Shown piece after piece: positions 25,501-39,557 of a stretch of 64,000 nucleotides of DNA. The DNA comes from Auanema rhodensis (taxonomy: Eukaryota; Animalia; Nematoda). Below the pieces are notes generated by a model, which searched no databases, was not told the origin of the DNA, and saw only the letters and a list, made by a program, of their open reading frames with translations. The translations under genes and the position numbers were made by a program. Every line of letters begins with the position of its first letter. Position 1 is the stretch's first letter. The stretch covers positions 17,484,001 to 17,548,000 of the forward strand of contig OZ059900.1 of assembly GCA_964057225.1 (NCBI GenBank), read 5' to 3'.

Positions 25501-28500
25501 CGTGTTACATACTAAAATGAAGCATTTTACATGCTGAACACTAGAAAAATACAAAAACACAGTATTTCCCATGAGAAATATTTTATTATGCTGGAAAACC
25601 AGTTTTTGGAAATTTCGCTGTAAACAAGGTTTTGACTTACGATTTCATGTGTTCAAACTCATGCAATGTCAATGAAACCTAGCTCAAAATTGTTCGTACA
25701 ACGTCTAGTTCCACTTTCACGACAAAAAAACAGGGGTTAGAAAATTAAGGAAATTAGCATATTCTGAGGGCACGCCCCTTATGGCTAATATTGATTAAAT
25801 CGATTTTTGTTCATATGAGTCGTCAAATGCAACGAATTTCAGCGTGTTACATACTAAAATGAAGCCTTTCACATGCTGAACACTAGAAAAATACAAAAAC
25901 ACAGTATTTCCCATGAGAAATATTTTATTATGCTGGAAAACCAGTTTTTGGAAATTTCGCTGTAAACAAGGTTTTGACTTACGATTTCATGTGCTCAAAC
26001 TCATGCAATGTCAATGAAACCTAGCTCAAAATTGTTCGTACAACGTCTAGTTCCACTTTCACGACAAAAAAACAGGGGTTAGAAAATTAAGGAAATTAGC
26101 ATATTCTGAGGGCACGCCCCTTATGGCTAATATTGATTAAATCGATTTTTGTTCATATGAGTCGTCAAATGCAACGAATTTCAGCGTGTTACATACTAAA
26201 ATGAAGCATTTTACATGCTGAACACTAGAAAAATACAAAAACACAGTATTTCCCATGAGAAATATTTTATTATGCTGGAAAACCAGTTTTTGGAAATTTC
26301 GCTGTAAACAAGGTTTTGACTTACGATTTCATGTGTTCAAACTCATGCAATGTCAATGAAACCTAGCTCAAAATTGTTCGTACAACGTCTAGTTCCACTT
26401 TCACGACAAAAAAACAGGGGTTAGAAAATTAAGGAAATTAGCATATTCTGAGGGCACGCCCCTTATGGCTAATATTGATTAAATCGATTTTTGTTCATAT
26501 GAGTCGTCAAATGCAACGAATTTCAGCGTGTTACATACTAAAATGAAGCATTTTACATGCTGAACACTAGAAAAATACAAAAACACAGTATTTCCCATGA
26601 GAAATATTTTATTATGCTGGAAAACCAGTTTTTGGAAATTTCGCTGTAAACAAGGTTTTGACTTACGATTTCATGTGTTCAAACTCATGCAATGTCAATG
26701 AAACCTAGCTCAAAATTGTTCGTACAACGTCTAGTTCCACTTTCACGACAAAAAAACAAGGGTTAGAAAATTAAGGAAATTAGCATATTCTGAGGGCACG
26801 CCCCTTATGGCTAATATTGATTAAATCGATTTTTGTTCATATGAGTCGTCAAATGCAACGAATTTCAGCGTGTTACATACTAAAATGAAGCATTTTACAT
26901 GCTGAACACTAGAAAAATACAAAAACACAGTATTTCCCATGAGAAATATTTTATTATGCTGGAAAACCGGTTTTTGGAAATTTCGCTGTAAACAAGGTTT
27001 TGACTTACGATTTCATGTGTTCAAACTCATGCAATGTCAATGAAACCTAGCTCAAAATTGTTCGTACAACGTCTAGTTCCACTTTCACGACAAAAAAACA
27101 GGGGTTAGAAAACTAAGGAAATTAGCATATTCTGAGGGCACGCCCCTTATGGCTAATATTGATTAAATCGATTTTTGTTCATATGAGTCGTCAAATGCAA
27201 CGAATTTCAGCGTGTTACATACTAAAATGAAGCATTTTACATGCTGAACACTAGAAAAATACAAAAACACAGTATTTCCCATGAGAAATATTTTATTATG
27301 CTGGAAAACCAGTTTTTGGAAATTTCGCTGTAAACAAGGTTTTGACTTACGATTTCATGTGTTCAAACTCATGCAATGTCAATGAAACCTAGCTCAAAAT
27401 TGTTCGTACAACGTCTAGTTCCACTTTCACGACAAAAAAACAGGGGTTAGAAAATTAAGGAAATTAGCATATTCTGAGGGCACGCCCCTTATGGCTAATA
27501 TTGATTAAATCGATTTTTGTTCATATGAGTCGTCAAATGCAACGAATTTCAGCGTGTTACATACTAAAATGAAGCATTTTACATGCTGAACACTAGAAAA
27601 ATACAAAAACACAGTATTTCCCATGAGAAATATTTTATTATGCTGGAAAACCAGTTTTTGGAAATTTCGCTGTAAACAAGGTTTTGACTTACGATTTCAT
27701 GTGTTCAAACTCATGCAATGTCAATGAAACCTAGCTCAAAATTGTTCGTACAACGTCTAGTTCCACTTTCACGACAAAAAAACAGGGGTTACGACAAAAA
27801 ACAGGGGTTAGAAAATTAAGGAAATTAGCATATTCTGAGGGCACGCCCCTTATGGCTAATATTGATTAAATCGATTTTTGTTCATATGAGTCGTCAAATG
27901 CAACGAATTTCAGCGTGTTACATACTAAAATGAAGCATTTTACATGCTGAACACTAGAAAAATACAAAAACACAGTATTTCCCATGAGAAATATTTTATT
28001 ATGCTGGAAAACCAGTTTTTGGAAATTTCGCTGTAAACAAGGTTTTGACTTACGATTTCATGTGTTCAAACTCATGCAATGTCAATGAAACCTAGCTCAA
28101 AATTGTTCGTACAACGTCTAGTTCCACTTTCACGACAAAAAAACAGGGGTTAGAAAATTAAGGAAATTAGCATATTCTGAGGGCACGCCCCTTATGGCTA
28201 ATATTGATTAAATCGATTTTTGTTCATATGAGTCGTCAAATGCAACGAATTTCAGCGTGTTACATACTAAAATGAAGCATTTTACATGCTGAACACTAGG
28301 AAAATACAAAAACACAGTATTTCCCATGAGAAATATTTTATTATGCTGGAAAACCAGTTTTTGGAAATTTCGCTGTAAACAAGGTTTTGACTTACGATTT
28401 CATGTGTTCAAACTCATGCAATGTCAATGAAACCTAGCTCAAAATTGTTCGTACAACGTCTAGTTCCACTTTCACGACAAAAAAACCGGGGTTAGAAAAT

Positions 28501-31500
28501 TAAGGAAATTAGCATATTCTGAGGGCACGCCCCTTATGGCTAATATTGATTAAATCGATTTTTGTTCATATGAGTCGTCAAATGCAACGAATTTCAGCGT
28601 GTTACATACTAAAATGAAGCATTTTACATGCTGAACACTAGAAAAATACAAAAACACAGTATTTCCCATGAGAAATATTTTATTATGCTGGAAAACCAGT
28701 TTTTGGAAATTTCGCTGTAAACAAGGTTTTGACTTACGATTTCATGTGTTCAAACTCATGCAATGTCAATGAAACATAGCTAAAAATTGTTCGTACAACG
28801 TCTAGTTCCACTTTCACGACAAAAAAACAGGGGTTAGAAAATTAAGGAAATTAGCATATTCTGAGGGCACGCCCCTTATGGCTAATATTGATTAAATCGA
28901 TTTTTGTTCATATGAGTCGTCAAATGCAACGAATTTCAGCGTGTTACATACTAAAATGAAGCATTTTACATGCTGAACACTAGAAAAATACAAAAACACA
29001 GTATTTCCCATGAGAAATATTTTATTATGCTGGAAAACCAGTTTTTGGAAATTTCGCTGTAAACAAGGTTTTGACTTACGATTTCATGTGTTCAAACTCA
29101 TGCAATGTCAATGAAACCTAGCTCAAAATTGTTCGTACAACGTCTAGTTCCACTTTCACGACAAAAAAACAGGGGTTAGAAAACTAAGGAAATTAGCATA
29201 TTCTGAGGGCACGCCCCTTATGGCTAATATTGATTAAATCGATTTTTGTTCATATGAGTCGTCAAATGCAACGAATTTCAGCGTGTTACATACTAAAATG
29301 AAGCATTTTACATGCTGAACACTAGAAAAATACAAAAACACAGTATTTCCTATGAGAAATATTTTATTATGCTGGAAAACCAGTTTTTGGAAATTTCGCT
29401 GTAAACAAGGTTTTGACTTACGATTTCATGTGTTCAAACTCATGCAATGTCAATGAAACCTAGCTCAAAATTGTTCGTACAACGTCTAGTTCCACTTTCA
29501 CGACAAAAAAACAGGGGTTAGAAAATTAAGGAAATTTGCATATTCTGAGGGCACGCCCCTTATGGCTAATATTGATTAAATCGATTTTTGTTCATATGAG
29601 TCGTCAAATGCAACGAATTTCAGCGTGTTACATACTAAAATGAAGCATTTTACATGCTGAACACTAGAAAAATACAAAAACACAGTATTTCCCATGAGAA
29701 ATATTTTATTATGCTGGAAAACCAGTTTTTGGAAATTTCGCTGTAAACAAGGTTTTGACTTACGATTTCATGTGTTCAAACTCATGCAATGTCAATGAAA
29801 CCTAGCTCAAAATTGTTCGTACAACGTCTAGTTCCACTTTCACGACAAAAAAACAGGGGTTACGACAAAAAACAGGGGTTAGAAAATTAAGGAAATTAGC
29901 ATATTCTGAGGGCACGCCCCTTATGGCTAATATTGATTAAATCGATTTTTGTTCATATGAGTCGTCAAATGCAACGAATTTCAGCGTGTTACATACTAAA
30001 ATGAAGCATTTCACATGCTGAACACTAGAAAAATACAAAAACACAGTATTTCCCATGAGAAATATTTTATTATGCTGGAAAACCAGTTTTTGGAAATTTC
30101 GCTGTAAACAAGGTTTTGACTTACGATTTCATGTGTTCAAACTCATGCAATGTCAATGAAACCTAGCTCAAAATTGTTCGTACAACGTCTAGTTCCACTT
30201 TCACGACAAAAAAACAGGGGTTAGAAAATTAAGGAAATTAGCATATTCTGAGGGCACGCCCCTTATGGCTAATATTGATTAAATCGATTTTTGTTCATAT
30301 GAGTCGTCAAATGCAACGAATTTCAGCGTGTTACATACTTAAATGAAGCATTTTACATGCTGAACACTAGAAAAATACAAAAACACAGTATTTCCCATGA
30401 GAAATATTTTATTATGCTGGAAAACCAGTTTTTGGAAATTTCGCTGTAAACAAGGTTTTGACTTACGATTTCATGTGTTCAAACTCATGCAATGTCAATG
30501 AAACCTAGCTCAAAATTGTTCGTACAACGTCTAGTTCCACTTTCACGACAAAAAAACAGGGGTTACGACAAAAAACAGGGGTTAGAAAATTAAGGAAATT
30601 AGCATATTCTGAGGGCACGCCCCTTATGGCTAATATTGATTAAATCGATTTTTGTTCATATGAGTCGTCAAATGCAACGAATTTCAGCGTGTTACATACT
30701 AAAATGAAGCATTTTACATGCTGAACACTAGAAAAATACAAAAACACAGTATTTCCCATGAGAAATATTTTATTATGCTGGAAAACCAGTTTTTGGAAAT
30801 TTCGCTGTAAACAAGGTTTTGACTTACGATTTCATGTGTTCAAACTCATGCAATGTCAATGAAACCTAGCTCAAAATTGTTCGTACAACGTCTAGTTCCA
30901 CTTTCACGACAAAAAAACAGGGGTTACGACAAAAAACAGGGGTTAGAAAATTAAGGAAATTAGCATATTCTGAGGGCACGCCCCTTATGGCTAATATTGA
31001 TTAAATCGATTTTTGTTCATATGAGTCGTCAAATGCAACGAATTTCAGCGTGTTACATACTAAAATGAAGCATTTTACATGCTGAACACTAGAAAAATAC
31101 AAAAACACAGTATTTCCCATGAGAAATATTTTATTATGCTGGAAAACCAGTTTTTGGAAATTTCGCTGTAAACAAGGTTTTGACTTACGATTTCATGTGT
31201 TCAAACTCATGCAATGTCAATGAAACCTAGCTCAAAATTGTTCGTACAACGTCTAGTTCCACTTTCACGACAAAAAAACAGGGGTTACGACAAAAAACAG
31301 GGGTTAGAAAATTAAGGAAATTAGCATATTCTGAGGGCACGCCCCTTATGGCTAATATTGATTAAATCGATTTTTGTTCATATGAGTCGTCAAATGCAAC
31401 GAATTTCAGCGTGTTACATACTAAAATGAAGCATTTTACATGCTGAACACTAGAAAAATACAAAAACACAGTATTTCCCATGAGAAATATTTTATTATGC

Positions 31501-34500
31501 TGGAAAACCAGTTTTTGGAAATTTCGCTGTAAACAAGGTTTTGACTTACGATTTCATGTGTTCAAACTCATGCAATGTCAATGAAACCTAGCTCAAAATT
31601 GTTCGTACAACGTCTAGTTCCACTTTCACGACAAAAAAACAGGGGTTAGAAAATTAAGGAAATTAGCATATTCTGAGGGCACGCCCCTTATGGCTAATAT
31701 TGATTAAATCGATTTTTGTTCATATGAGTCGTCAAATGCAACGAATTTCAGCGTGTTACATACTTAAATGAAGCATTTTACATGCTGAACACTAGAAAAA
31801 TACAAAAACACAGTATTTCCCATGAGAAATATTTTATTATGCTGGAAAACCAGTTTTTGGAAATTTCGCTGTAAACAAGGTTTTGACTTACGATTTCATG
31901 TGTTCAAACTCATGCAATGTCAATGAAACCTAGCTCAAAATTGTTCGTACAACGTCTAGTTCCACTTTCACGACAAAAAAACAGGGGTTACGACAAAAAA
32001 CAGGGGTTAGAAAATTAAGGAAATTAGCATATTCTGAGGGCACGCCCCTTATGGCTAATATTGATTAAATCGATTTTTGTTCATATGAGTCGTCAAATGC
32101 AACGAATTTCAGCGTGTTACATACTAAAATGAAGCATTTTACATGCTGAACACTAGAAAAATACAAAAACACAGTATTTCCCATGAGAAATATTTTATTA
32201 TGCTGGAAAACCAGTTTTTGGAAATTTCGCTGTAAACAAGGTTTTGACTTACGATTTCATGTGTTCAAACTCATGCAATGTCAATGAAACCTAGCTCAAA
32301 ATTGTTTGTACAACGTCTAGTTCCACTTTCACGACAAAAAAACAGGGGTTAGAAAATTAAGGAAATTAGCATATTCTGAGGGCACGCCCCTTATGGCTAA
32401 TATTGATTAAATCGATTTTTGTTCATATGAGTCGTCAAATGCAACGAATTTCAGCGTGTTACATACTAAAATGAAGCATTTTACATGCTGAACACTAGAA
32501 AAATACAAAAACACAGTATTTCCCATGAGAAATATTTTATTATGCTGGAAAACCAGTTTTTGGAAATTTCGCTGTAAACAAGGTTTTGACTTACGATTTC
32601 ATGTGTTCAAACTCATGCAATGTCAATGAAACCTAGCTCAAAATTGTTCGTACAACGTCTAGTTCCACTTTCACGACAAAAAAACAGGGGTTAGAAAATT
32701 AAGGAAATTAGCATATTCTGAGGGCACGCCCCTTATGGCTAATATTGATTAAATCGATTTTTGTTCATATGATTCGTCAAATGCAACGAATTTTAGCGTG
32801 TTACATACTAAAATGAAGCATTTTACATGCTGAACACTAGAAAAATATAAAAACACAGTATTTCCCATGAGAAATATTTTATTATGCTGGAAAACCAGTT
32901 TTTGGAAATTTCGCTGTAAACAAGGTTTTGACTTACGATTTCATGTGTTCAAACTCATGCAATGTCAATGAAACCTAGCTCAAAATTGTTCGTACAACGT
33001 CTAGTTCCACTTTCACGACAAAAAAACAGGGGTTAGAAAATTAAGGAAATTAGCATATTCTGAGGGCACGCCCCTTATGGCTAATATTGATTAAATCGAT
33101 TTTTGTTCATATGAGTCGTCAAATGCAACGAATTTCAGCGTGTTACATACTAAAATGAAGCATTTTACATGCTGAACACTAGAAAAATACAAAAACACAG
33201 TATTTCCCATGAGAAATATTTTATTATGCTGGAAAACCAGTTTTTGGAAATTTCGCTGTAAACAAGGTTTTGACTTACGATTTCATGTGTTCAAACTCAT
33301 GCAATGTCAATGAAACCTAGCTCAAAATTGTTCGTACAACGTCTAGTTCCACTTTCACGACAAAAAAACAGGGGTTAGAAAATTAAGGAAATTAGCATAT
33401 TCTGAGGGCACGCCCCTTATGGCTAATATTGATTAAATCGATTTTTGTTCATATGAGTCGTCAAATGCAACGAATTTCAGCGTGTTACATACTAAAATGA
33501 AGCCTTTTACAAGCTGAACACTAGAAAAATACAAAAACACAGTATTTCCCATGAGAAATATTTTATTATGCTGGAAAACCAGTTTTTGGAAATTTCGCTG
33601 TAAACAAGGTTTTGACTTACGATTTCATGTGTTCAAACTCATGCAATGTCAATGAAACCTAGCTCAAAATTGTTTGTACAACGTCTAGTTCCACTTTCAC
33701 GACAAAAAAACAGGGGTTAGAAAATTAAGGAAATTAGCATATTCTGAGGGCACGCCCCTTATGGCTAATATTGATTAAATCGATTTTTGTTCATATGAGT
33801 CGTCAAATGCAACGAATTTCAGCGTGTTACATACTAAAATGAAGCATTTTACATGCTGAACACTAGAAAAATACAAAAACACAGTATTTCCCATGAGAAA
33901 TATTTTATTATGCTGGAAAACCAGTTTTTGGAAATTTCGCTGTAAACAAGGTTTTGACTTACGATTTCATGTGTTCAAACTCATGCAATGTCAATGAAAC
34001 CTAGCTCAAAATTGTTCGTACAACGTCTAGTTCCACTTTCACGACAAAAAAACAGGGGTTAGAAAATTAAGGAAATTAGCATATTCTGAGGGCACGCCCC
34101 TTATGGCTAATATTGATTAAATCGATTTTTGTTCATATGAGTCGTCAAATGCAACGAATTTCAGCGTGTTACATACTAAAATGAAGCCTTTCACATGCTG
34201 AACACTAGAAAAATACAAAAACACAGTATTTCCCATGAGAAATAGTTTATTATGCTGGAAAACCAGTTTTTGGAAATTTCGCTGTAAACAAGGTTTTGAC
34301 TTACGATTTCATGTGCTCAAACTCATGCAATGTCAATGAAACCTAGCTCAAAATTGTTCGTACAACGTCTAGTTCCACTTTCACGACAAAAAAACAGGGG
34401 TTAGAAAATTAAGGAAATTAGCATATTCTGAGGGCACGCCCCTTATGGCTAATATTGATTAAATCGATTTTTGTTCATATGAGTCGTCAAATGCAACGAA

Positions 34501-37500
34501 TTTCAGCGTGTTACATACTAAAATGAAGCATTTTACATGCTGAACACTAGAAAAATACAAAAACACAGTATTTCCCATGAGAAATATTTTATTATGCTGG
34601 AAAACCAGTTTTTGGAAATTTCGCTGTAAACAAGGTTTTGACTTACGATTTCATGTGTTCAAACTCATGCAATGTCAATGAAACCTAGCTCAAAATTGTT
34701 CGTACAACGTCTAGTTCCACTTTCACGACAAAAAAACAGGGGTTAGAAAATTAAGGAAATTAGCATATTCTGAGGGCACGCCCCTTATGGCTAATATTGA
34801 TTAAATCGATTTTTGTTCATATGAGTCGTCAAATGCAACGAATTTCAGCGTGTTACATACTAAAATGAAGCATTTTACATGCTGAACACTAGAAAAATAC
34901 AAAAACACAGTATTTCCCATGAGAAATATTTTATTATGCTGGAAAACCAGTTTTTGGAAATTTCGCTGTAAACAAGGTTTTGACTTACGATTTCATGTGT
35001 TCAAACTCATGCAATGTCAATGAAACCTAGCTCAAAATTGTTCGTACAACGTCTAGTTCCACTTTCACGATAAAAAAACAAGGGTTAGAAAATTAAGGAA
35101 ATTAGCATATTCTGAGGGCACGCCCCTTATGGCTAATATTGATTAAATCGATTTTTGTTCATATGAGTCGTCAAATGCAACGAATTTCAGCGTGTTACAT
35201 ACTAAAATGAAGCATTTTACATGCTGAACACTAGAAAAATACAAAAACACAGTATTTCCCATGAGAAATATTTTATTATGCTGGAAAACCGGTTTTTGGA
35301 AATTTCGCTGTAAACAAGGTTTTGACTTACGATTTCATGTGTTCAAACTCATGCAATGTCAATGAAACCTAGCTCAAAATTGTTCGTACAACGTCTAGTT
35401 CCACTTTCACGACAAAAAAACAGGGGTTAGAAAACTAAGGAAATTAGCATATTCTGAGGGCACGCCCCTTATGGCTAATATTGATTAAATCGATTTTTGT
35501 TCATATGAGTCGTCAAATGCAACGAATTTCAGCGTGTTACATACTAAAATGAAGCATTTTACATGCTGAACACTAGAAAAATACAAAAACACAGTATTTC
35601 CCATGAGAAATATTTTATTATGCTGGAAAACCAGTTTTTGGAAATTTCGCTGTAAACAAGGTTTTGACTTACGATTTCATGTGTTCAAACTCATGCAATG
35701 TCAATGAAACCTAGCTCAAAATTGTTCGTACAACGTCTAGTTCCACTTTCACGACAAAAAAACAGGGGTTAGAAAATTAAGGAAATTAGCATATTCTGAG
35801 GGCACGCCCCTTATGGCTAATATTGATTAAATCGATTTTTGTTCATATGAGTCGTCAAATGCAACGAATTTCAGCGTGTTACATACTAAAATGAAGCATT
35901 TTACATGCTGAACACTAGAAAAATACAAAAACACAGTATTTCCCATGAGAAATATTTTATTATGCTGGAAAACCAGTTTTTGGAAATTTCGCTGTAAACA
36001 AGGTTTTGACTTACGATTTCATGTGTTCAAACTCATGCAATGTCAATGAAACCTAGCTCAAAATTGTTCGTACAACGTCTAGTTCCACTTTCACGACAAA
36101 AAAACAGGGGTTACGACAAAAAACAGGGGTTAGAAAATTAAGGAAATTAGCATATTCTGAGGGCACGCCCCTTATGGCTAATATTGATTAAATCGATTTT
36201 TGTTCATATGAGTCGTCAAATGCAACGAATTTCAGCGTGTTACATACTAAAATGAAGCATTTTACATGCTGAACACTAGAAAAATACAAAAACACAGTAT
36301 TTCCCATGAGAAATATTTTATTATGCTGGAAAACCAGTTTTTGGAAATTTCGCTGTAAACAAGGTTTTGACTTACGATTTCATGTGTTCAAACTCATGCA
36401 ATGTCAATGAAACCCAGCTCAAAATTGTTCGTACAACGTCTAGTTCCACTTTCACGACAAAAAAACAGGGGTTAGAAAATTAAGGAAATTAGCATATTCT
36501 GAGGGCACGCCCCTTATGGCTAATATTGATTAAATCGATTTTTGTTCATATGAGTCGTCAAATGCAACGAATTTCAGCGTGTTACATACTAAAATGAAGC
36601 ATTTTACATGCTGAACACTAGGAAAATACAAAAACACAGTATTTCCCATGAGAAATATTTTATTATGCTGGAAAACCAGTTTTTGGAAATTTCGCTGTAA
36701 ACAAGGTTTTGACTTACGATTTCATGTGTTCAAACTCATGCAATGTCAATGAAACCTAGCTCAAAATTGTTCGTACAACGTCTAGTTCCACTTTCACGAC
36801 AAAAAAACCGGGGTTAGAAAATTAAGGAAATTAGCATATTCTGAGGGCACGCCCCTTATGGCTAATATTGATTAAATCGATTTTTGTTCATATGAGTCGT
36901 CAAATGCAACGAATTTCAGCGTGTTACATACTAAAATGAAGCATTTTACATGCTGAACACTAGAAAAATACAAAAACACAGTATTTCCCATGAGAAATAT
37001 TTTATTATGCTGGAAAACCAGTTTTTGGAAATTTCGCTGTAAACAAGGTTTTGACTTACGATTTCATGTGTTCAAACTCATGCAATGTCAATGAAACATA
37101 GCTAAAAATTGTTCGTACAACGTCTAGTTCCACTTTCACGACAAAAAAACAGGGGTTAGAAAATTAAGGAAATTAGCATATTCTGAGGGCACGCCCCTTA
37201 TGGCTAATATTGATTAAATCGATTTTTGTTCATATGAGTCGTCAAATGCAACGAATTTCAGCGTGTTACATACTAAAATGAAGCATTTTACATGCTGAAC
37301 ACTAGAAAAATACAAAAACACAGTATTTCCCATGAGAAATATTTTATTATGCTGGAAAACCAGTTTTTGGAAATTTCGCTGTAAACAAGGTTTTGACTTA
37401 CGATTTCATGTGTTCAAACTCATGCAATGTCAATGAAACCTAGCTCAAAATTGTTCGTACAACGTCTAGTTCCACTTTCACGACAAAAAAACAGGGGTTA

Positions 37501-39215
37501 GAAAACTAAGGAAATTAGCATATTCTGAGGGCACGCCCCTTATGGCTAATATTGATTAAATCGATTTTTGTTCATATGAGTCGTCAAATGCAACGAATTT
37601 CAGCGTGTTACATACTAAAATGAAGCATTTTACATGCTGAACACTAGAAAAATACAAAAACACAGTATTTCCTATGAGAAATATTTTATTATGCTGGAAA
37701 ACCAGTTTTTGGAAATTTCGCTGTAAACAAGGTTTTGACTTACGATTTCATGTGTTCAAACTCATGCAATGTCAATGAAACCTAGCTCAAAATTGTTCGT
37801 ACAACGTCTAGTTCCACTTTCACGACAAAAAAACAGGGGTTAGAAAATTAAGGAAATTTGCATATTCTGAGGGCACGCCCCTTATGGCTAATATTGATTA
37901 AATCGATTTTTGTTCATATGAGTCGTCAAATGCAACGAATTTCAGCGTGTTACATACTAAAATGAAGCATTTTACATGCTGAACACTAGAAAAATACAAA
38001 AACACAGTATTTCCCATGAGAAATATTTTATTATGCTGGAAAACCAGTTTTTGGAAATTTCGCTGTAAACAAGGTTTTGACTTACGATTTCATGTGTTCA
38101 AACTCATGCAATGTCAATGAAACCTAGCTCAAAATTGTTCGTACAACGTCTAGTTCCACTTTCACGACAAAAAAACAGGGGTTACGACAAAAAACAGGGG
38201 TTAGAAAATTAAGGAAATTAGCATATTCTGAGGGCACGCCCCTTATGGCTAATATTGATTAAATCGATTTTTGTTCATATGAGTCGTCAAATGCAACGAA
38301 TTTCAGCGTGTTACATACTAAAATGAAGCATTTCACATGCTGAACACTAGAAAAATACAAAAACACAGTATTTCCCATGAGAAATATTTTATTATGCTGG
38401 AAAACCAGTTTTTGGAAATTTCGCTGTAAACAAGGTTTTGACTTACGATTTCATGTGTTCAAACTCATGCAATGTCAATGAAACCTAGCTCAAAATTGTT
38501 CGTACAACGTCTAGTTCCACTTTCACGACAAAAAAACAGGGGTTAGAAAATTAAGGAAATTAGCATATTCTGAGGGCACGCCCCTTATGGCTAATATTGA
38601 TTAAATCGATTTTTGTTCATATGAGTCGTCAAATGCAACGAATTTCAGCGTGTTACATACTTAAATGAAGCATTTTACATGCTGAACACTAGAAAAATAC
38701 AAAAACACAGTATTTCCCATGAGAAATATTTTATTATGCTGGAAAACCAGTTTTTGGAAATTTCGCTGTAAACAAGGTTTTGACTTACGATTTCATGTGT
38801 TCAAACTCATGCAATGTCAATGAAACCTAGCTCAAAATTGTTCGTACAACGTCTAGTTCCACTTTCACGACAAAAAAACAGGGGTTACGACAAAAAACAG
38901 GGGTTAGAAAATTAAGGAAATTAGCATATTCTGAGGGCACGCCCCTTATGGCTAATATTGATTAAATCGATTTTTGTTCATATGAGTCGTCAAATGCAAC
39001 GAATTTCAGCGTGTTACATACTAAAATGAAGCATTTTACATGCTGAACACTAGAAAAATACAAAAACACAGTATTTCCCATGAGAAATATTTTATTATGC
39101 TGGAAAACCAGTTTTTGGAAATTTCGCTGTAAACAAGGTTTTGACTTACGATTTCATGTGTTCAAACTCATGCAATGTCAATGAAACCTAGCTCAAAATT
39201 GTTCGTACAACGTCT
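22571..39215 (+). repeat. 24-monomer tandem block duplication (22571-30893 and 30894-39215, about 8.32 kb each)
   Basis: The variant monomers are collinear at an offset of 8322-8323 bp. Examples: G113T/C134T/C188T at 24339 and 32661; G27A/A237G at 26733 and 35055; A26C/C315A/C321A at 28462 and 36784; A50T at 29488 and 37810. The insertion-bearing monomers also match in position. Confidence 0.95.
22583..22621 (+). repeat. First 19-bp internal tandem duplication (ACGAC-A7-CAGGGGTT followed by ACGAC-A6-CAGGGGTT), defining the 361-bp monomer class
   Basis: Present in monomers starting at 22571, 22932, 23635, 27759, 29830, 30533, 30894, 31255, 31958, 36081, 38152, 38855, 55290, 55651, 57380, 58425 and 61178. 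Confidence 0.95.
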
Positions 39216-39557
39216 AGTTCCACTTTCACGACAAAAAAACAGGGGTTAGAAAATTAAGGAAATTAGCATATTCTGAGGGCACGCCCCTTATGGCTAATAT
39301 TGATTAAATCGATTTTTGTTCATATGAGTCGTCAAATGCAACGAATTTCAGCGTGTTACATACTAAAATGAAGCATTTTACATGCTGAACACTAGAAAAA
39401 TACAAAAACACAGTATTTCCCATGAGAAATATTTTATTATGCTGGAAAACCAGTTTTTGGAAATTTCGCTGTAAACAAGGTTTTGACTTACGATTTCATG
39501 TGTTCAAACTCATGCAATGTCAATGAAACCTAGCTCAAAATTGTTCGTACAACGTCT

